Shown here piece after piece: positions 1 through 9,527 of a stretch of DNA of 64,000 bases. Position 1 is the first letter of the stretch, and every line of letters begins with the position of its first letter. A model generated the notes under the pieces. The model ran no database searches and was not told where the DNA came from. It worked only from the letters and a program-made list of their open reading frames with translations. Source of the DNA: Candidatus Multivoradales bacterium (GTDB lineage: Bacteria > Acidobacteriota > Thermoanaerobaculia > Multivoradales > Multivoraceae); assembly GCA_965223325.1 (NCBI GenBank), contig CBDCWI010000002.1, forward strand, positions 712,351-776,350, read 5' to 3'. The position numbers and the translations under genes were made by a program.

Positions 1-1
1 T

Positions 2-1083
2 GCACGTCGCAACGGCATCCCCATGCGTCAAGACCTGCCGACCCTGGCCGGTGTCCTGAGCGAGCACGGCTTCTCTACCGCCGCCTTCATCTCCAACTGG
101 ACCCTGCGTTCGAACCTCTCCGGCAACCATCGGGGTTTCGACCACTACGACCAGGAGTTCACCCACAAGCGCTACGGCGTTGGGCGCATGGCGGAACGCG
201 AGGCCTCCGACGTCGTGACCTCGGCGGTCGAGTTCTACGCCGGCGACAAGGGCGCTTCTAGTACCACTGAACGGCGCTTCTTGTGGATTCACTTCTCCGA
301 ACCGCACAGCCCCTACGAGCTGCACCGGGGCCACATTCCGCGCCCGGAAGACGCCAGTCCCGCCAGTCGCAAACGCCAGGCCTACGCCAGCGAGGTGCGG
401 CTCGTCGATCACTGGACCGGCCGTGCGCTCGAACGCCTGGCACCCTGGTTCCCGCCCGACCAGACCCTTGTCATCTTCACTGCCGACCATGGCGAGAGCC
501 TCGGTGAACACGACTACTGGGGTCACGGCAAGAACACCCACTGGCCCAACCTCCAGATTCCGCTGGTGCTCAGAGGCCCCGGCCTGCCAGCCGGCCAACG
601 CCGCAACGCTCCCGCTTCGATTCTCGATGTGCTACCGACGACCCTCGGTCTGCTCGGCATCGAGGCACCCGGGAACTGGAGGGGGTCGACCTCACCGAGG
701 TCGCCACCGGTGGTCACCATCAGTTGGACAAACGCACCCGCCACGCCTTCGCCGACCGCGGAGCAGCGCTCTCGACGAGCGCCGCCACCGGCGACCCGCT
801 CGAAATCGCCCAGGTCGTCGGTCAACGCGGCGCAGGTGCGATCAAAACGGTCTACGACTTCACCAGCCGAACGGTCGCTCACTACGATCTCGATCGTGAC
901 CCCGGCGAGACCGAACCTCTCCGCCGCGCTCCGATCGAAGTCGAGCCCCCCTTACGCCGCCAGTTGGCCAGCTGGTACCGCGGCCTTTCGACGTTCGAAC
1001 ACGACGAACGCAACACGCTCTCGGACGCGGACCGTAACGAGCTCGAAGCACTCGGTTACATCGAACCGAGCGAAGGTCGCTAG
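2..1083 (+). CDS. Sulfatase-family protein, 5'-truncated by the window edge, with an apparent frameshift at the G5 run 681-685
   Basis: The frame is open from base 2. It contains sulfatase-type segments (FLWIHFSEPHSPY, IFTADHGESLGEH, HGK, PLVLRGPG). Adding one G at 681-685 joins it to ORF 724..1083, which ends HYDLDRDPGE...ELEALGYI, a typical sulfatase C-terminus. Confidence 0.8.
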
Positions 1084-1102
1084 GGTCTTACTGAAGAATC
1101 CC

Positions 1103-2380
1103 TCAGGCCTCCTGCCTGCGGCGCACCTCTTCGAGAGCGCCCGGGCCAAAGCGGAGAATGTAGCGACCGAAGAACAAGGCGCCTCCCGCCACCAGGGTCC
1201 CGCCTGCGACCAGCACCAGGCGCTCGCCGAAACGGTCTGCCACCGCTCCGGCGGCGATGCCGGCGATCGGAAAGAAACCGAGAAACACCGTCGTGTGAAT
1301 TGCCATCACCCGACCCCTCAAGCCCTCTGGGGCGATCGTCTGAAGAAGCGTGTTGGTCGTCGCCAGCTGCACCATGAAACAGAACCCGAGGAGCACCAGC
1401 GCCGGCAGGGCCATCACCAGCGTTCGGCTCTGTGCGAACACCACCAGCAGCACCCCGAACCCGAAGCCTGCGCCAACGACCCAGCGCTCGAGACCGCTGA
1501 CCAGCCGCCGGGCGGCGAGGAGCAAGGCACCCACCAGTGCCCCGCTTCCCACTGCGGCCTGTAGGTAGCCGAAGGTGTCCGGTCCGCCACCCAGCTGGCG
1601 CTCGGCGAACGACGGCAGCAACACGCCGTAGGGCATGCCAAAGATCGAGGTGACCAACAGGCAGCCGAGCAAGGCCAGAAGAGTCGGCTCACCTACAACG
1701 TAGAGAATCCCATCCCGGAGCTCCGCCAACACCGACGTGCGACCTGCGACATCGGGCTCATGGGCCGCAAGGCGCATGGCGATGAGCGCCAACACCACCG
1801 CCAGGTAGGCCAGGGCGTTGGCGAGAAAACACCATCCCTCACCGACCCATGGAATCAAGAGACCAGCCACCGCCGGGCCGATCAAGCGCGCGCCGTTGAA
1901 GACCGCCGAGTTGAGTGCGATGGCGTTGGCGAGATCGTCCAGCCCTACCAGCTCAGGCAAAAAGGCCTGCCGGGTCGGGATCTCGAAGGCACGGGCGACT
2001 CCCGCCACCAAGGCGCACAGAAGAATGTGCCAGGGCAGCACCTGGCCGCTCAAGGTGAGAAGACCCAGCGCCAGGGCGGGAGCCATCGCCGACGACTGGG
2101 TGACGACCAGCATCCGACGCTTCTCGTGACGGTCCGCAAGCACTCCGGCAAACGGACTGAGTACCAACCCGGGACCCTGAATCGCCAGGGTCACGAGACC
2201 GACCCAGGCCGCCGACTCCGTCAGCCGAAAGACCAGCCAGGAAAGGGCCGTCCACTGCAGCCACAAACCCGTCAGTGAGACCGCCTGCCCGCCAATGAAG
2301 AGCCTGAAGTTGCGATGGCGAAGCGCGCGCAGCAGGTGGCGGCCACCACCCGGGGGTGGGGTTTCTTGTGACTTCGACAT
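1103..2380 (-). CDS. MFS transporter (DUF894/MFS_3 H+ antiporter type)
   Basis: About 12 hydrophobic helices, N-terminal ALRHRNFRLF and motif A GVLADRHEKRR. ATG chosen at 2380. Confidence 0.9.
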   Translation of the reverse strand: MSKSQETPPPGGGRHLLRALRHRNFRLFIGGQAVSLTGLWLQWTALSWLVFRLTESAAWVGLVTLAIQGPGLVLSPFAGVLADRHEKRRMLVVTQSSAMAPALALGLLTLSGQVLPWHILLCALVAGVARAFEIPTRQAFLPELVGLDDLANAIALNSAVFNGARLIGPAVAGLLIPWVGEGWCFLANALAYLAVVLALIAMRLAAHEPDVAGRTSVLAELRDGILYVVGEPTLLALLGCLLVTSIFGMPYGVLLPSFAERQLGGGPDTFGYLQAAVGSGALVGALLLAARRLVSGLERWVVGAGFGFGVLLVVFAQSRTLVMALPALVLLGFCFMVQLATTNTLLQTIAPEGLRGRVMAIHTTVFLGFFPIAGIAAGAVADRFGERLVLVAGGTLVAGGALFFGRYILRFGPGALEEVRRRQEA

Positions 2381-2477
2381 ACCCGGGCATCCTTTCAGGT
2401 CTCTGAGCCTCGGAAGGAGCGGCACGGGAGCCGGCAGTTGGCCGGCACTGCGGAGTAGGCTGGCTCCCCGGTGAACC

Positions 2478-2513
2478 CCCTCTGAAGACCCCTTTGAAGA
2501 CCCCTCTGAAGAC
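2478..2513. repeat. Three tandem 12-bp repeats (CCCTYTGAAGAC) in the MFS/rarD divergent intergenic region
   Basis: Read directly: ccctctgaagac ccctttgaagac ccctctgaagac. Confidence 0.9.
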
Positions 2514-2519
2514 CGCTGT

Positions 2520-3437
2520 GTGACGACCACCGTGAACACCACTCGCATCTCTCGCCCTGGCGCCCTCTTCGCGCTCCTTGCCTACGTCGGCTGGGGCATC
2601 GCTCCCCTGTTCTGGAAGCTGATCGCCGACCTCCCCGCCGTTTCGATGTTGGCGCAGCGGGTCCTCTGGGCGATGTTGGTTTTCTGGATCATCACGATGG
2701 TCTCGCGGCGCACGAGGGAAGTGCGCGATTGCCTCACCGCCCGTCGCCTCGCCCCCCTGATCGCCAGCGCCGTCCTGTTGTCGATCAACTGGTTCACCTT
2801 CCTCTGGTGCGTGATCACCGAGCGGGTGCTCGAAGCCAGCCTGGGCTACTTCCTGACTCCGCTGGTCAACGTTGCCTTCGGAATGATCTTTCTCGGCGAG
2901 CGTCTACGCACCGCCCAATGGCTGGCGGTGGCCTTGGCGGCGACCGGGGTCTTCATTTTCGCCACTCAGGCAGCCGATCCACCCTGGCTGGCCCTGGTCC
3001 TGGCAGTCAGCTTCGGTCTCTACGGCCTGATCCGCAAGTCCGTCGCCACCGAAACCCTGGCAGCCGGAACCATCGAAACGACTCTCATGCTGCCGGTCGC
3101 CGCAGTCCTCCTGGTGGCCGGCGAACGCCTCGGTCTGGCCTCAGCCTGGGCTTCGGCAACCAGCTTTCAACAGTTCCTCCTGGTGGTCAGCGGCCTGGTG
3201 ACCGCCCTCCCCCTCCTCTGGTTCGCCGCCGCAGCCCGCCGCCTACCACTCTCCACCCTCGGCTTCTTCCAGTACATCGCCCCGACCTCTCAGTTTCTCC
3301 TCGCCGTCCTGGTTTTCGGCGAAGCCTTCGGCCGCGTTCAACTCACCTGTTTCCTCTTCATCTGGAGCGCAGTCCTCGTCTTCGCCGCCGACACCCAGAT
3401 CGCCGAACGCCGCTCCGCCACCATGGCCGCCATCTAG
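2520..3437 (+). CDS. rarD: EamA-family transporter RarD
   Basis: 10-TM EamA pattern with RarD motifs LEASLGYFLTPLVNV, FGLYGLIRK and LGFFQYIAPT. Confidence 0.9.
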   Translation: MTTTVNTTRISRPGALFALLAYVGWGIAPLFWKLIADLPAVSMLAQRVLWAMLVFWIITMVSRRTREVRDCLTARRLAPLIASAVLLSINWFTFLWCVITERVLEASLGYFLTPLVNVAFGMIFLGERLRTAQWLAVALAATGVFIFATQAADPPWLALVLAVSFGLYGLIRKSVATETLAAGTIETTLMLPVAAVLLVAGERLGLASAWASATSFQQFLLVVSGLVTALPLLWFAAAARRLPLSTLGFFQYIAPTSQFLLAVLVFGEAFGRVQLTCFLFIWSAVLVFAADTQIAERRSATMAAI

Positions 3438-3558
3438 CCAACCACCTCCACTCCACCGCACCCTCCGTCACGCCAACGCCCAGGTCGCGAGGACACGCCA
3501 GAGCCTCTCCCCGAGGTGACCGACCGCGAGTTCTAGAGGGACGGAGCGTCCTTCCATA

Positions 3559-3593
3559 TGACAGGCTCCTGTCTTCTTGACAGCTCTCTGTCA
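3559..3593. promoter_or_regulatory. Tandem palindromic operators TGACAG-N4-CTGTC(A/T), likely MarR binding sites
   Basis: tgacag-gctc-ctgtct at 3559-3574 and perfect tgacag-ctct-ctgtca at 3578-3593, 20 bp upstream of the MarR ATG. Confidence 0.7.
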
Positions 3594-3612
3594 TTTCGAC
3601 ATACTTCTGTCC

Positions 3613-4158
3613 ATGACGGACGCACGACCCCTCAGCGCCCCCCGCCGGGCTGTCGCCGATCCCACGATCGGCTCGCTGATGCGTGAGACCTCCAGCCTCA
3701 ACGGCCGCTTCCAGGAAGCCTCCGAGCGCGCCGGCCGACTCGGCGGCCTCAGCTTCGCCCACTGGCAAGTCGTCGCCGAGGTCGCGCCCCGCCCCTACAC
3801 CGTCGCCCAGGTCGCCAGGCGCCTCAACCTCGCCCGTCAAAGCGTCCAGCGCACCGTCGACCTCCTGGTGCGCGACGGCTACCTCGAGCTCCGCCCCAAC
3901 CCCGACCACCGCACCTCGCTCCTCGTCACCCCCACTGAAACCGGCCGTCTGGCCCTCGACACCGCAGCCCATGCCCAGGTCGAGTGGACTCGCCAGCTCG
4001 CCGAAACCGTCAACCCACCAGAAGTCGAGGCGGCCGTCGATCTGATGCGGCAGATCAGCCATCGCCTCGACCAGATCGAGATCGAGCTCGCGCTCCCCGA
4101 AAACGACCTCGCCGACCCGACCTCGAACGACGAAAGAACGTCGCAAGGAGATAAGTAG
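3613..4158 (+). CDS. MarR-family transcriptional regulator
   Basis: Winged-HTH pattern TVAQVARRLNLARQSVQRTVDLLVRDGYL...NPDHRTSLLV.T..G. Confidence 0.9.
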   Translation: MTDARPLSAPRRAVADPTIGSLMRETSSLNGRFQEASERAGRLGGLSFAHWQVVAEVAPRPYTVAQVARRLNLARQSVQRTVDLLVRDGYLELRPNPDHRTSLLVTPTETGRLALDTAAHAQVEWTRQLAETVNPPEVEAAVDLMRQISHRLDQIEIELALPENDLADPTSNDERTSQGDK

Positions 4159-4524
4159 ATGTCACGAGTGACCCTGATCAACCCGTTCGAAGTCGAGGCG
4201 AGTCGCGAACTCGAGTTCCTCGGCTACTGGCAACAGGCGATGAACTTCCTCAAACGTCGCCCCGGCTTTCTCGAGTCGGAACTCGTTCGAGCGCGTGACC
4301 CCCACGCCCGCTTTCGGTTCACCAGTCTGCAGACCTGGAACTCAGCAGATGACTTTCACCGTGCCATCCAGCACCCGGACTTCGTGACCATCCTCGATCG
4401 GATGCCCTTCCCCCACTACGCCACTCTCTACGAACCCTTCCTCAAAGCCCACCCCGACCCGGGACCGCTTCGCCCGCCAGTCTCCGACCAGGCAGCCAGC
4501 GCTTCCGCCCATCCCCCAGCCTGA
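4159..4524 (+). CDS. Antibiotic biosynthesis monooxygenase (ABM)-family protein
   Basis: VTLINPFEV...FL..W....FLKRRPGF.ES.L pattern; starts directly after the MarR stop. Confidence 0.8.
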   Translation: MSRVTLINPFEVEASRELEFLGYWQQAMNFLKRRPGFLESELVRARDPHARFRFTSLQTWNSADDFHRAIQHPDFVTILDRMPFPHYATLYEPFLKAHPDPGPLRPPVSDQAASASAHPPA

Positions 4525-4611
4525 GGCTCCCACCCCCTTGCAGCACCCGATCTAGAACCAGACCCGCTACGCGCTCGTTGGGCACCCAGAGCCGCGTACA
4601 CGATCCCCTTG

Positions 4612-4650
4612 CCCCCGCTGGCCATCGTGGCCACGGGGGTTTCTTTTCTC
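4612..4650 (+). terminator. Rho-independent terminator after marR-ABM
   Basis: Hairpin ccccg(c)tggcca-tcg-tggccacgggg followed by tttcttttct. Confidence 0.7.
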
Positions 4651-4667
4651 GCGCCACCCGACAAGCG

Positions 4668-6236
4668 CTAGGAACGCGCAGCGCCGCGCAGCTCGCGGCG
4701 CAGAATCTTGCCCACCCCGCTCTTGGGCAGCGCGTCCACGAACTGAATGGCGGAAGGTGCCTTGAAGGGCATGGTGTGCTCCTTCACGAACCCGACGAGC
4801 TCGGCCTCTGTCGCTTGGGCGCCGCCCTTGAGGGCCACGAAGCCCACGACCTTTTCACCATAGGTCTCATCCGGCGCGCCGACAATGGCAGCCTCGGCGA
4901 CCGCGGGATGCTGATAGAGAATGCTTTCGAGCTCGGCCGGGTAGATGTTCTCGCCGCCTTTGATGATCATGTCCTTCTTGCGGTCAACGATGAACAGAAA
5001 ACCTTCTTCGTCGAGATACCCCACGTCGCCGGTGTGCAGCCAGCCGCCCTGAATGGCCTCGGCTGTCGCCTCGGGACGGTTCATGTACCCCATCATGACG
5101 GTCGGCCCCTTGAGAACCACTTCACCACGCTCCCCCGCCGGCAGGACCGCGCCAGAATCGTCGACGATGCGAAGTTCAGTCTCCGAGTACGCGCGCCCCG
5201 CCGAGCCGGGCCTGTACGCGTCGGACGGGCGATTGGCGCTCGCGATGCCGGCGCTTTCGGTCATGCCATAGATCTCACGCAACCGGCAGCCGTAGCGCGC
5301 GGCGAAGGCGTTGGCCAGTTCCACCGGCAACGGCGCCGCCCCGCAAACGACCTCTTCAAGACTCGACAGGTCGTACTCGGCGTTCTTCGGATGGTTGAGA
5401 ATCAGCGCCAGCATCGTCGGCACCGCCGGCATCGAACTGCAGCGGTGCTCCTCGACGAGGGCCATGAAACGCTCGGGCTCGAACCAGCTCATTTGCACCA
5501 TGTAGCCATCTGCCAGACGCTCGGGCACCAGGTAGCCACCGTTCATCACCCCGACTCCGAAGATGTGGGCCATCGGCATCGCAGAGATGCTGATGCGCGG
5601 AGCCTCGAGCGTCTCGAGCTCGGCAGCATCGGCCGACTGACGCGCAGAAGCGATCAGGTTTCCATGCGACAGCATGGCGCCCTTCGGTCGGCCCGTGGTG
5701 CCCGAGGTGTACAGCATGAGCGCGAGATCGTCTTCGGGAATCTCCGGCAGCTCGGTGCGCGGTTGGTGAGCGAGGAGCTCGGCCAGCGAAACTTCCGTCA
5801 CTGCCCGGGCCAGGGACTCTCCGCCGTCACTCGTGACGTTCTTGGCATCGCGGATCACGATCAGCTCGATCGCGGGAAGCTCCTGGGCCACCTGACGCAC
5901 CTTCTCCAGGTTCGCCGCATCGGTGAACACGCAACGGGCTCGCGTGTCGTCGAGAATGAACTGCAACTCTGGCGGCGCCAGCTGTGGCATCACCGGCAGC
6001 GCCGCGGCACCGGTGCGAAAGACACCCTGGAAGACCGGGTAGACGTCCGGGTGGTTCGTCAGACACAACGCCGCGATATCGCCGCGGCCAATGCCCCGTT
6101 CCGCGAGACCGGCGTGCAGCCGCCGTGCACGCTCCAGGAACTGCTTGTTGGAGTAACTCTCGCCCTCGAAGACCAACGTTCGGCGTTCTCCGAGGCGCTC
6201 GAGCGAGCTTTCGGCGAGCGTCGCCAGATTGTTCAT
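4668..6236 (-). CDS. Long-chain fatty-acid/acyl-CoA ligase (AMP-binding)
   Basis: YTSGTTGRPKG, YGMTE, GWLHTGD, DRKKDMII and LPKSGVGK motifs. The ATG overlaps the upstream stop (ATGA at 6233-6236). Confidence 0.95.
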   Translation of the reverse strand: MNNLATLAESSLERLGERRTLVFEGESYSNKQFLERARRLHAGLAERGIGRGDIAALCLTNHPDVYPVFQGVFRTGAAALPVMPQLAPPELQFILDDTRARCVFTDAANLEKVRQVAQELPAIELIVIRDAKNVTSDGGESLARAVTEVSLAELLAHQPRTELPEIPEDDLALMLYTSGTTGRPKGAMLSHGNLIASARQSADAAELETLEAPRISISAMPMAHIFGVGVMNGGYLVPERLADGYMVQMSWFEPERFMALVEEHRCSSMPAVPTMLALILNHPKNAEYDLSSLEEVVCGAAPLPVELANAFAARYGCRLREIYGMTESAGIASANRPSDAYRPGSAGRAYSETELRIVDDSGAVLPAGERGEVVLKGPTVMMGYMNRPEATAEAIQGGWLHTGDVGYLDEEGFLFIVDRKKDMIIKGGENIYPAELESILYQHPAVAEAAIVGAPDETYGEKVVGFVALKGGAQATEAELVGFVKEHTMPFKAPSAIQFVDALPKSGVGKILRRELRGAARS

Positions 6237-7870
6237 GGGCCAGCTGCCTCGGCGAGCGCGGGGGCGTCTTTGGCTACCCAATTGCCATGGAACCCGAGTG
6301 GAAAGTGGTTGCCCGTCCACACCCGGGCGGCAAAATCGAGTGTTTCTGCGTCGCGAATCTCGAGAAAGTTCTCATCGCGCGGCGCGTCATAGCCCTGCAC
6401 CAGGAGCCAGCCGTCGACTTCATCCTTGGCGCTCTGGCGTGCAACGAAAACCGTCTCGCCAAACGCACGTCCCGAACCAGCTTCGACCCGGTCGGCGCTC
6501 TTCTTGTGCAGGTCATGACGCACCAAAGCGGTCAAAGCGAACTGATCGTCTGGAATGGTGCTCTCCATCGTGTAGAGATAGCGCGCATCCTGACCGACGT
6601 GCCGGGTGTTGAAGCGTGGGAACTCCTGATCGTTCTCGAGCTCGGTACGGCTCGCGACCTGACCGCTCTCGAGGTCGAGCTCGAGACGTGTCAAGCGGGG
6701 TTCATCCGCCGGCGGTAGCTTGTCGTTGGCAAACGAGTGCAGGAGCTCGAGCACGCTGTCGTCGCGGGTCAGAATGGTGTCGACCACCAGGAGGCGCTCG
6801 CGCTCGAAGGCATTGCCATTGTGGAACACCATGTTGGCCGGCTGCTCGAAGACCTGCGGCTCACCAGTCCCGTCGCGCCGCAGCACCAGGAAGCGAGTCG
6901 GTTCCTGCTCGAGGTATCGCAGCGCGTCGGCGACGTTGGTCTTGCCGGCCAGGAGCACCGGCAGGTCGAAACTCACCGGCGGAATGACGAACACGATGTG
7001 GTTCTTGGTCAAGAGCATGTCGTGGATCATGAAGTAGCGCGACTGGGGCACCGAGTGGAGTGTCTCGAGAGTGCCGTCGGGCTTCATCTTGAAGACCGTC
7101 AAGGAGAAGCCTGGCCCCTGCGCGATGCCGTAACCGTAAGTCTCGCCGGTGGTCGGGTCGTGTTTCGGATGGGCGGTGAAGGGGATGTAGGGCGGCAAGG
7201 TGCCGTGAAAATCCCATCGACCCTGGAAGGCGAAGGTCTCTGGGTCGATCGCCGTCGGATGGCCGCCTTCGGAGAGACCCAGCAGGCGGCCGTCCCAGGC
7301 GATGACATTGACGTTGGGCTGGTTCTTGAACAGCACCCGCTCCATCGGACGGGCTGGCTCCTGGGAGCCAGTGGCGGCTTCGACCCGTGCTGCGGGTGGG
7401 AGAGTGCCGAACTCGGCGTACAACATCTCGCCCGCCTCGAGCTCGGCCTGGCGCTCGGGTGTGGGTACAAAACCGGCGCGCAGGGAGACCTTGCCGTCCT
7501 CGATCTTGAAAGCGGACACGAAGGGATCGCCGTCGAAGAGGTGCTGCAGCTCGGTGCCATGGTTCTCGCTCTGGCCGGGCGCGATACGAAACAGGGTGCC
7601 GGCGAGATCGGTCGGCACACGGCCCTCGACCTCACTGAGCTGCCATCGGCCTTCGGCACCGGCAGTGCGGTTGGCCATCCAACTCAGGCGACGGGGACTC
7701 TCTGCCAGGGCTCGGGTGACGAACTGCGGGTCGAGACAGCCCAGCGCACCGAGCACCGAAACCAGACCGGCGAAATCGCGGCGCGTCATGCCGGAGGTGC
7801 TCTGGGTCCGACACGAGGGAAAGGGAATGGACCGACGGTGCCCGATGTTGAAGGATTCGTTACGCGGCAT
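6233..7870 (-). CDS. Carotenoid oxygenase (RPE65/CCD/LSD) family protein with twin-arginine signal
   Basis: Four iron-ligand His contexts (FTAHPK, MIHDM, FHNGNA, LGFHGNW), FDGD and EFPR motifs, TRRDF..ALA signal. RBS AGGAGG upstream of ATG 7870. Confidence 0.9.
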   Translation of the reverse strand: MPRNESFNIGHRRSIPFPSCRTQSTSGMTRRDFAGLVSVLGALGCLDPQFVTRALAESPRRLSWMANRTAGAEGRWQLSEVEGRVPTDLAGTLFRIAPGQSENHGTELQHLFDGDPFVSAFKIEDGKVSLRAGFVPTPERQAELEAGEMLYAEFGTLPPAARVEAATGSQEPARPMERVLFKNQPNVNVIAWDGRLLGLSEGGHPTAIDPETFAFQGRWDFHGTLPPYIPFTAHPKHDPTTGETYGYGIAQGPGFSLTVFKMKPDGTLETLHSVPQSRYFMIHDMLLTKNHIVFVIPPVSFDLPVLLAGKTNVADALRYLEQEPTRFLVLRRDGTGEPQVFEQPANMVFHNGNAFERERLLVVDTILTRDDSVLELLHSFANDKLPPADEPRLTRLELDLESGQVASRTELENDQEFPRFNTRHVGQDARYLYTMESTIPDDQFALTALVRHDLHKKSADRVEAGSGRAFGETVFVARQSAKDEVDGWLLVQGYDAPRDENFLEIRDAETLDFAARVWTGNHFPLGFHGNWVAKDAPALAEAAGP

Positions 7871-8039
7871 GCTGCCTCCTTTGTCCGGCTGAAAGAAACC
7901 TGCTGATCGAAAAGCACTGCCGACTGACGGACGGTGCGGCCGGCCAACGGTTAGAGTCGGCTCGATCCCGAGAGGGCCTACGCACCCCTCGCGACCCAAA
8001 CAGTCTCTCACCCCTCGCAAGATAGCTGGAGTTTCTCAG

Positions 8040-8288
8040 ATGGTCCGACTCTACTTCGATCGTTCTTGTCCCTTCTGCCAACGCGTGTTGCGCTACCTCG
8101 ACTCCACCGAGATCGAGTGGGAGGCGCGCGAGCTTTCGACCCGTCAGGACTCCGACAACCGCAACGAGCTCATCGAGCTCGGCGGGAAATCTCAGGTGCC
8201 GTTTCTGGTCGACGACAGCCGCGACGTCAAGATGTACGAGAGCGGCGACATCATCGACTACCTCGAAGAGCACTACGCCGCCGCTTGA
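8040..8288 (+). CDS. Glutaredoxin / GST N-terminal-like protein
   Basis: CPFC active site; GGKSQVPFLVD..MYESGDIIDYL. Confidence 0.9.
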   Translation: MVRLYFDRSCPFCQRVLRYLDSTEIEWEARELSTRQDSDNRNELIELGGKSQVPFLVDDSRDVKMYESGDIIDYLEEHYAAA

Positions 8289-8438
8289 GGGCAGAACCGC
8301 CCGCACCACGCGGGGCTGTGGGGTGGGCTACACTGCCGATCCCTTTGTGACCGACTGATTGCGCAGAGCACACTGCCTACCAGGCCGCCGCACGGCTGCC
8401 TCGAGGGCCATCGTGTGCATGCTGGAAGGAGCTTTTCG

Positions 8439-9437
8439 ATGACCAGAACCCGCCAGGTCCACCTCGCCGCCCGCCCCGAAGGCCGTCCCGATCCGAGCCA
8501 CTTCAAAGTCGTCGAGATGGACTTGCCCGAACCGGGCGACGGCGAATTCCTGGTCGAGAACGAGTTCATGACGGTCGATCCGTACATGCGAGGCCGCATG
8601 CGGGACGTCAAATCGTACGTGCCACCCTTCCAGATCGACGAAGTCCTCGACGGCGGCTCGGTGGGGCGCATTGTCAGTTCCAACAACCCCGACTGGAAAG
8701 AGGGCGAGTGGGTTCTCGGAGGCCAGGGCTGGCGCGAGCACTACATCAGTGACGGCACCGGCCAGCGCAAGATCGATCCGGAGATCGCTCCCCCTTCGGC
8801 CTACCTGGGCGTTCTGGGAATGCCGGGCATGACGGCCTACATCGGCCTGCTCGACCTCGGTGAGCCCAAAGAAGGCGAAACGGTCTTCGTCTCCGGCGCC
8901 GCCGGTGCGGTCGGCAGCGTCGTCGGCCAGATCGCCAAGATCAAGGGTTGCCACGTTGCCGGTAGCGCCGGCTCGGCTGACAAGGTCAAACACCTCATCG
9001 ACGATCTCGGCTTCGACAGTGCCTTCAACTACAAAGACGGCGATCTGCACAAACAGCTCGCCACCGCCTGCCCCAATGGCATCGACATCTACTTCGAAAA
9101 CGTCGGCGGGCCGATGCTCGAAGCGGTGCTGATGCACATGAAGCCCTTCGGTCGAATCCCGGTGTGCGGAATGATCTCGCAGTACAACGCGACCGAGCCG
9201 GTCCCCGGGCCGAAGACCATCATTCAGGTCATTCCCAACCGCCTCAAGATCCAGGGCTTCATCGTCTCCGACCATTTTGACCGGCTCCCTGAGTTCACCC
9301 GCGATGTCGCCGGCTGGATCAGGGAAGGCAAGATCAAGGCCCGCGAGACCACCTTCGAAGGCATCGAGAAGGCACCCGATGCCTTCATCGGCCTGTTCTC
9401 CGGGGAGAACCTGGGGAAGATGCTCGTCAAGTTGTAG
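8439..9437 (+). CDS. NADP-dependent oxidoreductase (PGR/LTB4DH, CurA/YncB-like MDR)
   Basis: VDPYMRGRM, GMPGMTAY.GL, VSGAAGAVGSVVGQIAKIKG, FENVGG and GENLGKMLV motifs. Confidence 0.95.
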   Translation: MTRTRQVHLAARPEGRPDPSHFKVVEMDLPEPGDGEFLVENEFMTVDPYMRGRMRDVKSYVPPFQIDEVLDGGSVGRIVSSNNPDWKEGEWVLGGQGWREHYISDGTGQRKIDPEIAPPSAYLGVLGMPGMTAYIGLLDLGEPKEGETVFVSGAAGAVGSVVGQIAKIKGCHVAGSAGSADKVKHLIDDLGFDSAFNYKDGDLHKQLATACPNGIDIYFENVGGPMLEAVLMHMKPFGRIPVCGMISQYNATEPVPGPKTIIQVIPNRLKIQGFIVSDHFDRLPEFTRDVAGWIREGKIKARETTFEGIEKAPDAFIGLFSGENLGKMLVKL

Positions 9438-9526
9438 CGAGGGGCGCGGTCGTCAACGATTTGGTCGTCGGTTGGCGTACCTCGAGCAAGATGCATGGTT
9501 GGCGTTCGTACCACACCCCTCGCTAC
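9434..9526. repeat. GTAG-type REP-like inverted pair
   Basis: gtagcgaggggcgcggt (9434-9450) versus the reverse complement of 9510-9526 (gtagcgaggggtgtggt). Confidence 0.65.
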
Positions 9527-9527
9527 A

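Noticed and set aside
4578-6392. Long antisense ORFs (also 52677..53798, 54917..56440, 57501..58919, 62615..63790)
   Set aside because: These are shadow frames of high-GC genes on the opposite strand, with no recognisable motifs.
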